Positions 1-11,028 of a stretch of DNA of 64,000 bases are shown here, piece by piece (position 1 is the first letter of the stretch; each line of letters opens with the position of its first letter). A program made the translations under genes and the position numbers. Source of the stretch: Giardia intestinalis (lineage: Eukaryota). Under the pieces are notes generated by a model. That model had not been told where the DNA came from, did no database searches, and worked only from the letters and a program-made list of their open reading frames with translations. The DNA lies in assembly GCA_000002435.2 (NCBI GenBank), contig CM018791.1; one strand, 5' to 3'.

Positions 1-49
1 TGTTGTATGGCAGTCGTTCTTCTCTGCCATCTACGGATTACATTCCGAA

Positions 50-2239
50 ATGCACAGGAATCCCAAGCCGGTGATAACCCATGTGTTCGATCAACTAAAT
101 AGCATAAATCAGGTGTCCAAGCCTACAATGGAGACGCTGTTTTCCGCTGCTACCACAAGCTTGACCTCTCTTTATAGCAGGGGATGTGCAGAAAGTGTTG
201 TTGCTGGATATTTGTCTGATCTTCTGGAGGCCGCCAAGCAGAAGCAACTGTACGATGAGATGCTTACGCAGATCTTGAGTAAGGCCCAGGATATTAAAGT
301 GTCTGCTAATAACGAGGCGTCGGCATTCTGTGACTTAGTACCAGATCTGGGTGTTGAGGCTTTGGAGCATGAATTCATGGAAACCACGACACATGTCGAA
401 AAAATACTCAATGCTTCTACGAATAAAACGCTGTTATCAACGGAGCTTAGCGTGCCAAGCATAGCCTTTGGCTGCTCTCAGGAGCCGGTCAAGGTGATAG
501 AGCAGGTGTTCCACAGCATCCCTAGTCAGGCATCCTCGGTGTTTTACCAAGACGGCTCCTCTCTACGGGTAGACGGCCGCCCATGCCATTTCATGCTAGT
601 CAATGTTTTGTCACGAAGGAACAGTCTTCTGTTAGCATTTCATAGTTATAGCCTACGATTTAATCAATGCGCCAACAGATACGCGTTGTTCTATAAGTCC
701 AGAAGAAGCGTAGCAGAGCTGAAGGGCGGGTGTTACTCCTGGCAGGGTATATCTGGTCATTGGCCAGAAAAGGAGCTCTTCAAGTACGCGACAGTTGACC
801 AGGCCATCAGGTCCTTCCACTCATATTTCAAGAAGAAGTCGGGCCTTAATTTTGTAGATTGCTGCACAAACGGGCTCTCCCAGGCATACTATGAAAGCGC
901 AGGAACCATGAAGGGAATAGTATGCTATGTAGGAAAAGACATTGTTGGGATCACGACCAGGTTCTTCGAGGTTACACCGACGATTAAGAGCCTCCTTCCC
1001 AACCTGTTCTTGTACGGAGTTGCATCCACGATTGCCGCTAAAATTGATTCCGCCATAATACCTAAGCTGCCGGCATCCGATCGTAAGGATTGGCGAGCCA
1101 TGAAAATAATATCCTCCATAGTATTGGCTGCTCTGTCCACTAGTTTAGTTCGAGATGAAGCTTATTATAATGAGGATCCTGGCTTCGACTGTACAATACT
1201 GTCTCTCAAGCAAGCCTTGAGCGCTTACGAGGAGGCGATCTTACCCGTTCTGGATGCGCCTGGGTTTCTAAAGACAGTCAGGGCGATAGAAAGCTCTGGC
1301 GATGCACCCGAGACTTCCAGGGAAACCATATTGAAGGCTTGTGGCATGGGATTATATATGCATGAGCTTTCGGGCCTTCCCATGCACCTACTTCCCATGT
1401 TTGTTGTCTGTTCACGTCTATCTTTGTACTATCTAAAGATGTACTTTTCTAACGTCAAGCTTGCACTTGACGGGGTACACCGTGGCTCACTGCTACTTCT
1501 AGCTAGCTTACGCAGCTTTGCAGAGTCACCGTCCAACATGTCCGTTAAGGCAGCTGTCACCCTGGTGGATCGTGTGTTGGGGGTGAAATTACAGGCTCTG
1601 GATAGGCAGACAGGCTTCTTGTTGCAGACCCTCAGTGATTTGCCAAAGAGAACGGTTATTTGCCGTGTCCGTGGGTGGAGCGACAGTAACGCAATCACAA
1701 ACTTGATAAATCGCACAAGGGAGTTTGTAACTGAGCTCTCTAAGGGCCGCAGCCAGTGCCCAGAGTCGTGGATCAATAGACGAGAGTGTCCAGAAAATAG
1801 TGAGAGTAAGAGCAACGTCGATTGGAGTGGTGCTAACCTTCTTTGGGTCTCCTCTGAATCTTCTATTAACGGCCTGGCAACGCTAGTATCTGGAATCCTT
1901 AGACCCTCCAGGTACGATCAGTGGAGCCCGTGCAACTATGGCTTCAATTTCAGCACGATCCCTCTGCATGGTGTTAGCGCATCTCCCTCGATATCCCCTG
2001 GTGCGTCTCTTCGCTTTGGGGTGATTGTTAATAATGTATCTAGCTTCCTTTGTGTGCCTCAATCAATCAACCCAGATGTCATGAAAGTGGCGCCTGGTGT
2101 CTTCTGGTCACTAGGCAGAGACGGACCTGTTCAAGAATACACTGCAGCTGGTTTCAGATACAATTGGCCGAACCAGCGTGTAACGGCTGTCTCTTTCACG
2201 CCAGAGGATATGCACATCCAGTACGTTGCCCTCCTCTAG
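50..2239 (+). CDS. Hypothetical protein, 729 aa. ATG at 50, but the frame stays open back to the window start, so the true start may lie upstream.
   Basis: The 2.2-kb uninterrupted ORF is far longer than chance. No recognisable domain motif. Confidence 0.55.
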   Translation: MHRNPKPVITHVFDQLNSINQVSKPTMETLFSAATTSLTSLYSRGCAESVVAGYLSDLLEAAKQKQLYDEMLTQILSKAQDIKVSANNEASAFCDLVPDLGVEALEHEFMETTTHVEKILNASTNKTLLSTELSVPSIAFGCSQEPVKVIEQVFHSIPSQASSVFYQDGSSLRVDGRPCHFMLVNVLSRRNSLLLAFHSYSLRFNQCANRYALFYKSRRSVAELKGGCYSWQGISGHWPEKELFKYATVDQAIRSFHSYFKKKSGLNFVDCCTNGLSQAYYESAGTMKGIVCYVGKDIVGITTRFFEVTPTIKSLLPNLFLYGVASTIAAKIDSAIIPKLPASDRKDWRAMKIISSIVLAALSTSLVRDEAYYNEDPGFDCTILSLKQALSAYEEAILPVLDAPGFLKTVRAIESSGDAPETSRETILKACGMGLYMHELSGLPMHLLPMFVVCSRLSLYYLKMYFSNVKLALDGVHRGSLLLLASLRSFAESPSNMSVKAAVTLVDRVLGVKLQALDRQTGFLLQTLSDLPKRTVICRVRGWSDSNAITNLINRTREFVTELSKGRSQCPESWINRRECPENSESKSNVDWSGANLLWVSSESSINGLATLVSGILRPSRYDQWSPCNYGFNFSTIPLHGVSASPSISPGASLRFGVIVNNVSSFLCVPQSINPDVMKVAPGVFWSLGRDGPVQEYTAAGFRYNWPNQRVTAVSFTPEDMHIQYVALL

Positions 2240-2395
2240 GTCATTAGTCAGCTAACGTTGTCTATTAGAGATTGTCTAACAGAGATTGATAACTGTATGT
2301 AAAATAGTAGTTATTTTTGTATAACCTCCAAACGTTTTGGTAAGGCTGGAAATCCTCCCAGAGAGCTTTCTAAAAAACTGATGCTTGAAATCTAA

Positions 2396-3730
2396 ATGCC
2401 GGAGATACTTTTGTATTACCTGGCGCAGCCGCGCAGCCTCTATATCCAAGCGACTACAACCGTCTCTGAGGCACTGTACAACGCTTTTGACAAAGAAGAG
2501 TTTTTCAATGACAATCTAAAGTGCTTTAGTATTATTGCCGCCTACGGGGATGACCGTGAAAGCTGCCACTTTATCCTTCTCCAGCCACATGACTACTTGA
2601 TCAGACATTATGGAAAGGCGAGCACCTTCATTGTTGCCTTGACCGTCCCGCCCCGCATGACGGAGTATCAGAGCTATCTGAAGGAAACAGAAGACTTTCT
2701 TCACGCGCTGTACTCTAACGTGAGATTGTCTCTAAAGCTGGGCCTCCTCTCTTTGGGGTCTGGCGTTGTGTCTCGGCTCATTGCGCAGAGCATCCTGATC
2801 GACTACGGTCTGGATAAGTCTGCACCGTTTCGCCAGGACGTTTCTCGCATCATGGACGTACTCTACGATTACTTGCCAGAAACCTACTTCCACAATCTAC
2901 TCGGTGTCGGCCCGAAGACCCGAGCCCGAAGGATCAAACGATGCGAGCAGGAGTTCCTGATCGACGTCTTTCGCTATTTGCAGCTGCAGCACCTTACGCG
3001 CTCGAGTACCAAGATCTACATAATTAACTACCTAGTTATGGTGAAGAAGGGCACAGTACATCGTGATTCCATACACTTCTATGGCACGTGTTCAAGGAGG
3101 ACTGGAAGACAGACAGGAGTCCCTTGCAAGATAAGCGTTTCGTATGAAACTAAGGAGCTATCCATTGTTCTACTGAAGCCAACTGGGCTCTCAATATATA
3201 GGCGTAGGCTGAATGGATCTAATGTACGCGAGGCTGTACACATCAGGCGATTCATACACAACTATGGAGCAGAGAACGCCCTAAAGGCCCTCCGAAGAGA
3301 CACCCACACAGCAATGTCAAACGCCATGGACAAACCAGTATTGGATTCATGCAATCCACTACTGCAGATGTTCTACTTGAACCCGTATATCTTCTATCGC
3401 AATGGGAGGGTGTACTCTCTCGACGCCTCTAGCCGTAAGGGTGTAGAGATAGTAGACGCTAATCTACTGATGCTGTCCATAGCCGTAGGAGACACCTTGC
3501 GTAACGTATTTGTCTGGACACCTGGGGCCTCTGTGATAGCAGGGCTACTGGCGTTGTCTTGCTCGGCTACAGAGCACCGGGACGTGTCATTCAGTTCCCC
3601 AGGTATTGCTCCAGGACAGTCCGTCTCAGAGGATTCTCCCGTAGTATCTGTGATCACCGCTCCGTCGTCTCTTCTACGTGCACAGCGGACCGTGGACCTG
3701 CGACCAGAGCCACAGCGGACAACACACTGA
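2396..3730 (+). CDS. Hypothetical protein, 444 aa.
   Basis: Long ORF starting at ATG 2396, with the AT-rich initiator 'aatctaaATG' typical of Giardia. No recognised domain. Confidence 0.55.
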   Translation: MPEILLYYLAQPRSLYIQATTTVSEALYNAFDKEEFFNDNLKCFSIIAAYGDDRESCHFILLQPHDYLIRHYGKASTFIVALTVPPRMTEYQSYLKETEDFLHALYSNVRLSLKLGLLSLGSGVVSRLIAQSILIDYGLDKSAPFRQDVSRIMDVLYDYLPETYFHNLLGVGPKTRARRIKRCEQEFLIDVFRYLQLQHLTRSSTKIYIINYLVMVKKGTVHRDSIHFYGTCSRRTGRQTGVPCKISVSYETKELSIVLLKPTGLSIYRRRLNGSNVREAVHIRRFIHNYGAENALKALRRDTHTAMSNAMDKPVLDSCNPLLQMFYLNPYIFYRNGRVYSLDASSRKGVEIVDANLLMLSIAVGDTLRNVFVWTPGASVIAGLLALSCSATEHRDVSFSSPGIAPGQSVSEDSPVVSVITAPSSLLRAQRTVDLRPEPQRTTH

Positions 3731-3991
3731 TCAAGGCTCCATAATTTACTAGTTTGCCAGCAGGCCGTCGAATCTGCATTATCACCAGTGCTGGAAGTCA
3801 CTCCAGCCTCTGTAGCATTTGTATATATGCATCTGTAGGTTCCTTGTTCCATGCCTCTTGCCACGTATCCTTGCTCAAGATAGCTTCAGTCAAAGCCTTT
3901 TCAGGATCCTGAAGAACGCCAAATTCTTCGAACTCGTCATACATCAGGACCTCTGCACGGACATCATCTTTTGCTTCTATCATACTTTTTA

Positions 3992-6900
3992 ATGAATAAT
4001 TTAACGAATGAGGACATCAAAGCCTTTGCCAATAAGCCCCTCACAGAGCTAGTGGCACTTGCTGGATCATACTACATGGATGGAAATGACGAAGAGGTCG
4101 TTGTTTGCTTCAATCATCTGGCTAAGAGGCTCGAACTCGAGGAGAAGTACACGCGCGCCCTGGACTATGCACTCGCCGATGCGCACCTCTCGGCAACTAT
4201 CTCCGACTATGCTAGCAGCGCAATATCTCTATCGCAGGTTGCAAACCTTCTCAACGCCCAGGATGACGCGACTGACAGGTGTACTCTTCCTGCATATTAT
4301 ACGTCAGTAATGTCCATGAAACACTTAATGGGGCTACACTACCTGTCGCTGGACGACTCCGTTCCCCCAGTGGTCTCGGAGGACACCCTTGAGCGCTTCC
4401 TACTGTACAAAAAAATCAATCTTAATTCTATTTCTCAAAACGTTGACTATTCGTTTTCTATTCATGCAATCCTTGCACGGTTTGTATTGGATGGACATGA
4501 CACGTGTATACGGCACGTTTACCACAATCTTAAGTCAAGCCTGCTGTACTTTGATGCTATTATCAAGGCAAGCAAGCGCACTGCAGGCCTGCTAGAGTCA
4601 AACAACGTGTTGCTGAATGCAGCAGTGACACATGTGCGTCTCTTGATAATGCGTTATCGCGATTCTGAGGAGTTTATCAAGAATGCGAAGATGATATCTG
4701 TAAAGCTGCTCGATAGAGACCTGAGGCCAAGCTACCACATGGCTGTGTGCACTCACGCCTGTATGCACTATTCTTCACGGCTATTTTGGAAGGGACTCCT
4801 ACAAAGCAGCATTACTTTCCCAGCGGCCAAGGAAAGGGTTCCCCTAAGTGTCATTCTCTCAAAATTAAACCACTCGGCATCTGATACACAGGGAGAATCG
4901 TCTATTTTTCGAAAACTTGACATTATTTTCGCCGATCTTCTATCGAGTTTGCAGATTAGCAATTGTAGCGCAATTGTGCGTGATAATGCAATCCTGGAGT
5001 TTGTAGAACTACTAGGAAAGTACCCTCTTCTCACGCATTCATTTGTTCCGTTCGTGGAGGACAAGCTAAGGGTCTTGGATCATGATGCAGTCGATGAGGC
5101 CCAGGAGGCTTTCAGCTCTGCCCTTAAGAGATACCGCTATTTTAGTGAGAGCATTGTAAGGATGGATCAGAGCATAGTTGCAGACTTTTCTGACCTTGTT
5201 GAAATTACTGAGGCCGATAACGCTAGAGAGTGTATCGCTCTTATCCCGGGGCTCACAGTGTTTTCTACTGCGAGTCCAGGTGTTGTGGCCATAATCTATA
5301 ACTTCTTGCAGTCAATACATGCGCTCAAAGAGGGTCTCTATTTCTCTGTCAAGCCCGAAGGCAGTGAGGTGCACTCCAGCTCCAGGGAGCTCAGTGGTAT
5401 CATGGCCTACACTGATTCCCTCAAGTCCCTGTTCTCTACGTCCATCGACGGTACATTCTTTGACAAGACTCTCTTCCACTTTGCATGGTTTTTGTTGAAA
5501 GACTATGACGCTAACGTTGAAGAAAGGGTTGTTAAGGTAATGCCACCAAAATTGGCCTTGTTGTTTCTAGAAACGATCGTGTTGGCTGGGCAGTACGTTT
5601 TTGTTATTCTACAAGAATTGGAAGGCTCGACGGTCACAGACACCCTACAGACGCTTTGTGAAAAGGTTGTGTTTACGATGGATAACAATATTGACTTATT
5701 GTCCTTGTCCACAACTACTCACAAGGTGCTACTGTCGGTGCTCCTGAACTTGTTGGACAGCGATAATTTTCAAAGTGGATCCGAGGACGTGTTCGGCATC
5801 ACCTCTGCAACATACGTGCTCATTTGTGATGTCCTATCTTATAAAGAGCCTATTTCCAACTATGGGCGGTTTCTTCGAACCGTACTGCATTCTTTTTACA
5901 CGACACCGAGCATTGTAACTGCGGCTAAGGAAAGCTGCAGCTGGCAGAAGGAGTTATTGGACCTACTGCAGAGCCTTTATAACATGGGAACCATGTATTG
6001 TCTCGATATTCGATTCGAACAGATTTTGTCCAGAGAAAATGGGTCGGCCTCCACCGCCGACGTCTCCTTTGGACAGATACAGGCCTTACTGATTAAAATG
6101 ACAAATGACTTTGGCATCTCTTGCTCACTGCTGGCAACACGTGAACTGTTCTCCTATCGCCAGGAATTCGATCTAGACAGATGGATGGTAAAGCGTCGAA
6201 TCGTAAAATACCCAAGACCCCATAGAACACGTGAGTTGTTTCTAGATAAGCATCCATACATTCAATCCACAATCCGCATGTTGGACACAAATTCTGCCTA
6301 CGGAGGCAGGAACAGCATATTCAGAAGCAAAGTACAAGCACGCCCATTCACTGAAAAAGAAAAAGAAAGCAAGACGCCCGATTCGTCCGATAGTCAGGAG
6401 CCCGCCTCCCATCCTACAGAGGATCATTCAGGGTCATTTAAAGAAGACATTAGTACTGCTGACTCCAGTGATAACTCCAACGATAAGGTAATAGAGCCGG
6501 AGATTAAGACGATACCCGTCAAGATGGATGCAGCAGAGCTATTTGCACCTCCCAGAGAAGAGCAGACTATGCAAACAATCCTTTTGAACGTATATTCTAA
6601 CTATGGGCTACGGCCACGAGACCTAGTTACCATGAGTGTTCTGCCAGGCGAGCGCCTTGTTGCTCTAGACAGCTCACGTATTGTGAAGTATGTCCCAGAC
6701 TCTGACAATTTTGCCTTTATCTGTTATCTTGTCAAGCAGCTTTTAACCGCAGAAGACATCACAGCCTCAGCACTTTCAGGGGGTCGAGTCTGTGAAACTG
6801 TACGATTATCTCTGGGTCAGGTGGATGCATCCGAAGCCCAAATGCATGAACTATTGAACTTTCTACTTCTCCGGGGGAGCAAGTTGAGCCTTCATTTGGC

Positions 6901-7519
6901 TAACTCCTCTGTCCCCTGTGCCCTCTTTGCAACGCTCACTCAGATGATCCTCAATCCCTCGCACTGTAAGAACATGGGCCATGGTCTATTTGCAGAGGGA
7001 ACGGAGCTATGTATAAAAGAGTCCAGGGTCCCTCTCTCCCTTCTCTTCGTCTTTCTAACCGGAGTTGGATCGCTGTGTAGAAGGACTGAAGTGTCTATAT
7101 CCCAGTGTACAAGTGTGCCAGACAGTAAAGGGGTTTTATCTGGCGAGATTCAGACAGCTCATGCTCTCCCAGAGGGTGCCACGCTCACCTTTCTGGACCT
7201 CACGGGCACCGATTTACGGGATGTGAACTTTTGCACGATTAGGTCAACCCTCGCCATTGAGAAGCTTTACTTGAATGGGGCGATCTTCTCGCCTACTTTG
7301 TTTTCTGCCCTGATAGCTTGCTCCATCAACGTTGCGGAGATTCATATGAAAAGCATCTCTCTCGATTGCTTTAAAATAGCTTCTAGAATTAATTATGAAG
7401 ATATACCTGGATTGAAGACGATTGAGGTATCTTCTGTGGACCGTGAGGGCTCTCTTCCTTACCGTCCTGTTTTTGAGACATTCAGAAGTTTCGGAATAGA
7501 GGTGCGCCTCAGTGATTAG
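3992..7519 (+). CDS. Large hypothetical protein, about 1175 aa. The ORF track starts at a TTG (3971); the first ATG is codon 8.
   Basis: 3.5-kb open frame. The AT-rich sequence 'ctttttaATGaataattta' surrounds the first ATG. No recognised catalytic motif. Confidence 0.6.
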   Translation: MNNLTNEDIKAFANKPLTELVALAGSYYMDGNDEEVVVCFNHLAKRLELEEKYTRALDYALADAHLSATISDYASSAISLSQVANLLNAQDDATDRCTLPAYYTSVMSMKHLMGLHYLSLDDSVPPVVSEDTLERFLLYKKINLNSISQNVDYSFSIHAILARFVLDGHDTCIRHVYHNLKSSLLYFDAIIKASKRTAGLLESNNVLLNAAVTHVRLLIMRYRDSEEFIKNAKMISVKLLDRDLRPSYHMAVCTHACMHYSSRLFWKGLLQSSITFPAAKERVPLSVILSKLNHSASDTQGESSIFRKLDIIFADLLSSLQISNCSAIVRDNAILEFVELLGKYPLLTHSFVPFVEDKLRVLDHDAVDEAQEAFSSALKRYRYFSESIVRMDQSIVADFSDLVEITEADNARECIALIPGLTVFSTASPGVVAIIYNFLQSIHALKEGLYFSVKPEGSEVHSSSRELSGIMAYTDSLKSLFSTSIDGTFFDKTLFHFAWFLLKDYDANVEERVVKVMPPKLALLFLETIVLAGQYVFVILQELEGSTVTDTLQTLCEKVVFTMDNNIDLLSLSTTTHKVLLSVLLNLLDSDNFQSGSEDVFGITSATYVLICDVLSYKEPISNYGRFLRTVLHSFYTTPSIVTAAKESCSWQKELLDLLQSLYNMGTMYCLDIRFEQILSRENGSASTADVSFGQIQALLIKMTNDFGISCSLLATRELFSYRQEFDLDRWMVKRRIVKYPRPHRTRELFLDKHPYIQSTIRMLDTNSAYGGRNSIFRSKVQARPFTEKEKESKTPDSSDSQEPASHPTEDHSGSFKEDISTADSSDNSNDKVIEPEIKTIPVKMDAAELFAPPREEQTMQTILLNVYSNYGLRPRDLVTMSVLPGERLVALDSSRIVKYVPDSDNFAFICYLVKQLLTAEDITASALSGGRVCETVRLSLGQVDASEAQMHELLNFLLLRGSKLSLHLANSSVPCALFATLTQMILNPSHCKNMGHGLFAEGTELCIKESRVPLSLLFVFLTGVGSLCRRTEVSISQCTSVPDSKGVLSGEIQTAHALPEGATLTFLDLTGTDLRDVNFCTIRSTLAIEKLYLNGAIFSPTLFSALIACSINVAEIHMKSISLDCFKIASRINYEDIPGLKTIEVSSVDREGSLPYRPVFETFRSFGIEVRLSD

Positions 7520-7575
7520 CAGACCGAGGCCCTACTCTGCTCCGCCCGTAAACGTTTCTAAAACTTTTTTACCGT

Positions 7576-8388
7576 ATGCCGCCTGCTCCTCAGCCCGCCG
7601 CCCCCGGGGACCTGGACGCCCCTGTAAATGCCGTTTATATTAAAGGCATCTGTGCAGGGTTTGTGAGGTTTAAGCTTGCTAGGCCCCCAACTAAGGACGT
7701 GGCGTGGCATTGCTGGACCATCTTCCTCGCATCTAACTGTGGCCTGGACCTCTCTCCTTTCGTCGAAAAAGTTACCTTTGTTATCCACAAGGACTTCAGT
7801 TCATACGTTCGCTCTGTTTATGACCCGCCCTACGAGACAACAGTCATAGGACAGCTGGGCTTCGAGGCCTTTATCCACATAACATACCGTGATTCTAAAC
7901 TGCCGTCTTCTATCATAAGCATCAGCATTGTTATAGACGGGGATGACTACACCCGACGAATCTACCCGGACATGCTTGTCTTTGTCAATCCACGGTTTTG
8001 GTTTTCTCGCTTGCTGGACATAGAGCGGATATGTACCAAGCAATCGAGCATCCTTCACCACTTGAGCATGCAGCAGTTTATTCGCCAGGAGAACGCGATG
8101 GGCCACATTCCCCATGTCTTCGACAGCTCCACAAAGGTAGCACTCAGTGATGATGTGCCACTAGAGGAAGCTGTCAAGCGGGAGGGGTCCCCACGGAACG
8201 GAACAGCCTTCTACAGAACCGACAGCCTGCAAGCAGAATATCTATACCCTCCTGCAGGCGAGTCTGTGGGTCTCTACCACTGCTGTTCTGCAGCGACCAA
8301 TATATTCAAGGATACCATTGATCGCTCGGCAGAGTTCATAGCCAAATATGTATCCGACATCTGTGTCCGCAAGACAGATCAACACTAA
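7576..8388 (+). CDS. YEATS-domain protein (Yaf9/Taf14-like chromatin reader).
   Basis: The motif string 'HCWTIFLAS...LSPFVEKVTFVIHKDFSSYVRSVYDPPYETTVIGQLGFEAFIHITY' matches the conserved YEATS core pattern (H.W.V....FV.KV.F.LH.SF..P.R....PP+E.TE.GWG.F.I.I.I.F). Confidence 0.55.
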   Translation: MPPAPQPAAPGDLDAPVNAVYIKGICAGFVRFKLARPPTKDVAWHCWTIFLASNCGLDLSPFVEKVTFVIHKDFSSYVRSVYDPPYETTVIGQLGFEAFIHITYRDSKLPSSIISISIVIDGDDYTRRIYPDMLVFVNPRFWFSRLLDIERICTKQSSILHHLSMQQFIRQENAMGHIPHVFDSSTKVALSDDVPLEEAVKREGSPRNGTAFYRTDSLQAEYLYPPAGESVGLYHCCSAATNIFKDTIDRSAEFIAKYVSDICVRKTDQH

Positions 8389-8465
8389 CAATAAAAGAAC
8401 AACATTCCAATTCACAAGTCATGACACTCCAACTACAAAGCAATAGGGTCTTACCGCTAGATTAG

Positions 8466-10625
8466 TTACTGCATCCACATGAGGGCCGGGGAAGGTGAGC
8501 TGCTGTTCTGTGCCAGCATCGCTTGTGCAATATCTACGACATTGGTTACAGTCATGTTGAAATGGCGGGCCAAATCATCTGGCTTTCCAGAGAATGAAAA
8601 GTCCTCTATCGAGACAGACTTATGTGCATATTTGCCCGCAATTCCGAAAGAGGTATATGGCTCTACACTCAGACACGGAATACCAGGGGTTGTAAGGCAT
8701 GGGAGAACGGCATTCTGTTCAGAGAAGGGCTGGGAGTTGAATATCGTGTAGGATGGCATGGAGACGACACGCACAGAAGCTTCTGGGATCTGCTTGACAA
8801 GGGCATCAGTCGCTTTAAGACACAAACCCACCTCAGACCCGGATGACAAAAGAATGAGATGCTTTCCATCTGTTATGTTTGTTGTAAAGGCACCGAGACC
8901 GCCAGTTTCATGAACCGAATAGGCACCTTTCAACACTGCACGAGCAGATGAATTAGGTACGTCGTCAAGAGCCTGACGGGATAGGCATACGATATGCTGA
9001 AGCTTGGACATGGGGTACGTGTGGGGGTCCTTTGCTTGGAGACCCGTTCCATTGCCGTGTATGGTGATCTTCACATCATCTGCCAGAGCTGTCATGTACA
9101 CACCATAAACCTCAGCCAGGCTGCAAGGGCGCCAATCTATCACTCGTGGCATAGAGCGGATCCAAGCAACAGTTTCTATGGGGTGGTGCGTACCTCCGTC
9201 TTCACCAAGGAAGAAGCTGTCGTGGGTAAAAACATGAATGGCAGGGACTTCGCTAAGTGCTCCGTTACGAATTCCTGCACAGCAGTAGCTAAAGAACATC
9301 AGGAAGGTTGCATCGAAGGAGACAAACCCACCGTGCGCACCAATACCATTCGATATCGCTGCCATCGCGTGCTCGCGAACACCATAATTGACATAATTGC
9401 TGCCCTTAGTGAAGCCATCAGCGACCGCTGTAAATGCGCTAACCTTTGTGAGGTTCGAGGAAGCAAGATCCGCACTGCCAATAAGCATCGAGTCTCCAAG
9501 CACATGGGTAGCGAGGAGGTCCAGAATTTGTTGGCTCATCTGACGAGAAGCCAAGCGCTTCCCCACGTTTGCTGCAACGAGCTTTTCATATTCATGATCT
9601 GCCTTCGCAAACAGCTCACTAAGAGTGCGGTGCTCAAGGCCCTTGAAGCGGCGTTCAATGGTGACGCGTACATCTGGAGCAAGGCGCTCAAAAACATTTT
9701 TGGTCCACTTAGCGTGTGCAGCCTTTTTCTTTGCTATGATGGACTCAAAGTTATTGCGAACTTCGTCAGAGACATGGAACTCCAAGTCCGGGTTGACACC
9801 GATAAGCTCCTTGAACTGACGGGTGCTCTCTCCCAGCGGAGCTCCGTGGACAGCAGCGGTACCCTGCTTGGCGGTTCCATACCCTATAGTTGTCTTGATG
9901 ATGACCAGGGTCGGACAACTCAGGAGACTCGTGTATGCCTTGCCAATGACACTTCTGAGCTCCTCCAAACCAGTGTTTCCATTCTTCACCTCAAGAACTT
10001 GCCACCCGTATGCTTGGTAGCGGCGTGCCACGTCTTCCGTGAAGCTGATCGCAGTTTTACCGTCTATCGTGATTCCATTATCATCATAAAGAACGATCAA
10101 ATTATTAAGCTGCAGGCGCCCTGCAAGGCTGGATGCTTCCGCACTGACGCCCTCTTGAAGACAACCATCGCCAACGACGCAAATAACCTTATTGGTGAAG
10201 ACGCCCGGATATTGCGCAGCAGCGCACTTGGAGGCCAAAGCCATGCCAACGGCGCTCCCGATGCCTTGGCCAAGAGCACCCGTCGTTATCTCAATCCCAC
10301 GAGAGATGTCTCTCTCAGGATGACCAGGTGTGTGACTGCCAAGCTGGCGGAAGTGACGAAGATCATCCATAGAAAGGTTATACCCAAATAGATGTAGAAG
10401 GGAGTAAATTAATGGAGACGCGTGCCCATTTGACAATACAAAGCGGTCCCTGTTGATCCAGAGAGGGTCGCTGGGATCGAATTGGAGAAACTCCTTGAAT
10501 AGGATATATGCGGCCGGGGCAAACCCAATAGGCGTCCCTGGGTGCCCAGAATTTGCGGCATTGACCTGGTCCACAGAAAGACAGCGGATGGCGTTGATAC
10601 AGCGCCCGTCTATTCCGTCAAGCAT
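8466..10625 (-). CDS. Transketolase.
   Basis: The N-terminus 'VDQVNAANSGHPGTPIGFAPAAYILF...LSNGHASPLIYSLLHLFGY...LRHFRQLGSHTPGHPE' carries the canonical TPP-binding motifs of transketolase. ORF of 719 aa; the ATG at 10625 was verified. Confidence 0.9.
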   Translation of the reverse strand: MLDGIDGRCINAIRCLSVDQVNAANSGHPGTPIGFAPAAYILFKEFLQFDPSDPLWINRDRFVLSNGHASPLIYSLLHLFGYNLSMDDLRHFRQLGSHTPGHPERDISRGIEITTGALGQGIGSAVGMALASKCAAAQYPGVFTNKVICVVGDGCLQEGVSAEASSLAGRLQLNNLIVLYDDNGITIDGKTAISFTEDVARRYQAYGWQVLEVKNGNTGLEELRSVIGKAYTSLLSCPTLVIIKTTIGYGTAKQGTAAVHGAPLGESTRQFKELIGVNPDLEFHVSDEVRNNFESIIAKKKAAHAKWTKNVFERLAPDVRVTIERRFKGLEHRTLSELFAKADHEYEKLVAANVGKRLASRQMSQQILDLLATHVLGDSMLIGSADLASSNLTKVSAFTAVADGFTKGSNYVNYGVREHAMAAISNGIGAHGGFVSFDATFLMFFSYCCAGIRNGALSEVPAIHVFTHDSFFLGEDGGTHHPIETVAWIRSMPRVIDWRPCSLAEVYGVYMTALADDVKITIHGNGTGLQAKDPHTYPMSKLQHIVCLSRQALDDVPNSSARAVLKGAYSVHETGGLGAFTTNITDGKHLILLSSGSEVGLCLKATDALVKQIPEASVRVVSMPSYTIFNSQPFSEQNAVLPCLTTPGIPCLSVEPYTSFGIAGKYAHKSVSIEDFSFSGKPDDLARHFNMTVTNVVDIAQAMLAQNSSSPSPALMWMQ

Positions 10626-11028
10626 TTTTAAAAGCTAAGTGTATATTATAGTTTGAAGATATGCTTTCTGGTAGCACGTTTTGTAAATTGATAAGAGGAG
10701 TCTTCAAGAATAATCTTACTTTTCCAAGCTATTCAATATGCACCCGTTACAAACAAAGGTATAGCTCCGTTTATGGCTACTTTAATAGGAGAAACTAGCC
10801 TGCATGCTCTTTTACTTTAAAGGATGGCCCTTCCGCAAGATTAGCTCCATCCTTTTTCCAGTCAGATCCTTCAGGTAAATCAAAGTGAGGCATTATTAGC
10901 AGGGCAAACTTCTGTCCTAAGAGCAGAACATGTATAGAGCAAATTTTACGAGCTGAAGAAAGCGCCATGCAACACAGTTTAGTTGCTCCAAATCGTAGAA
11001 ATAAAAATCCAAAGCAAAATTCATATCT
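10626..11028. promoter_or_regulatory. Divergent intergenic region of about 400 bp between the transketolase (-) and coiled-coil (+) gene starts. It presumably holds both promoters.
   Basis: Two ATGs face away from each other. The AT-rich stretch 'aaataaaaatccaaagcaaaattcatatctATG' lies immediately upstream of 11029. Giardia promoters are short AT-rich elements within about 50 bp of the ATG (established knowledge). Confidence 0.3.
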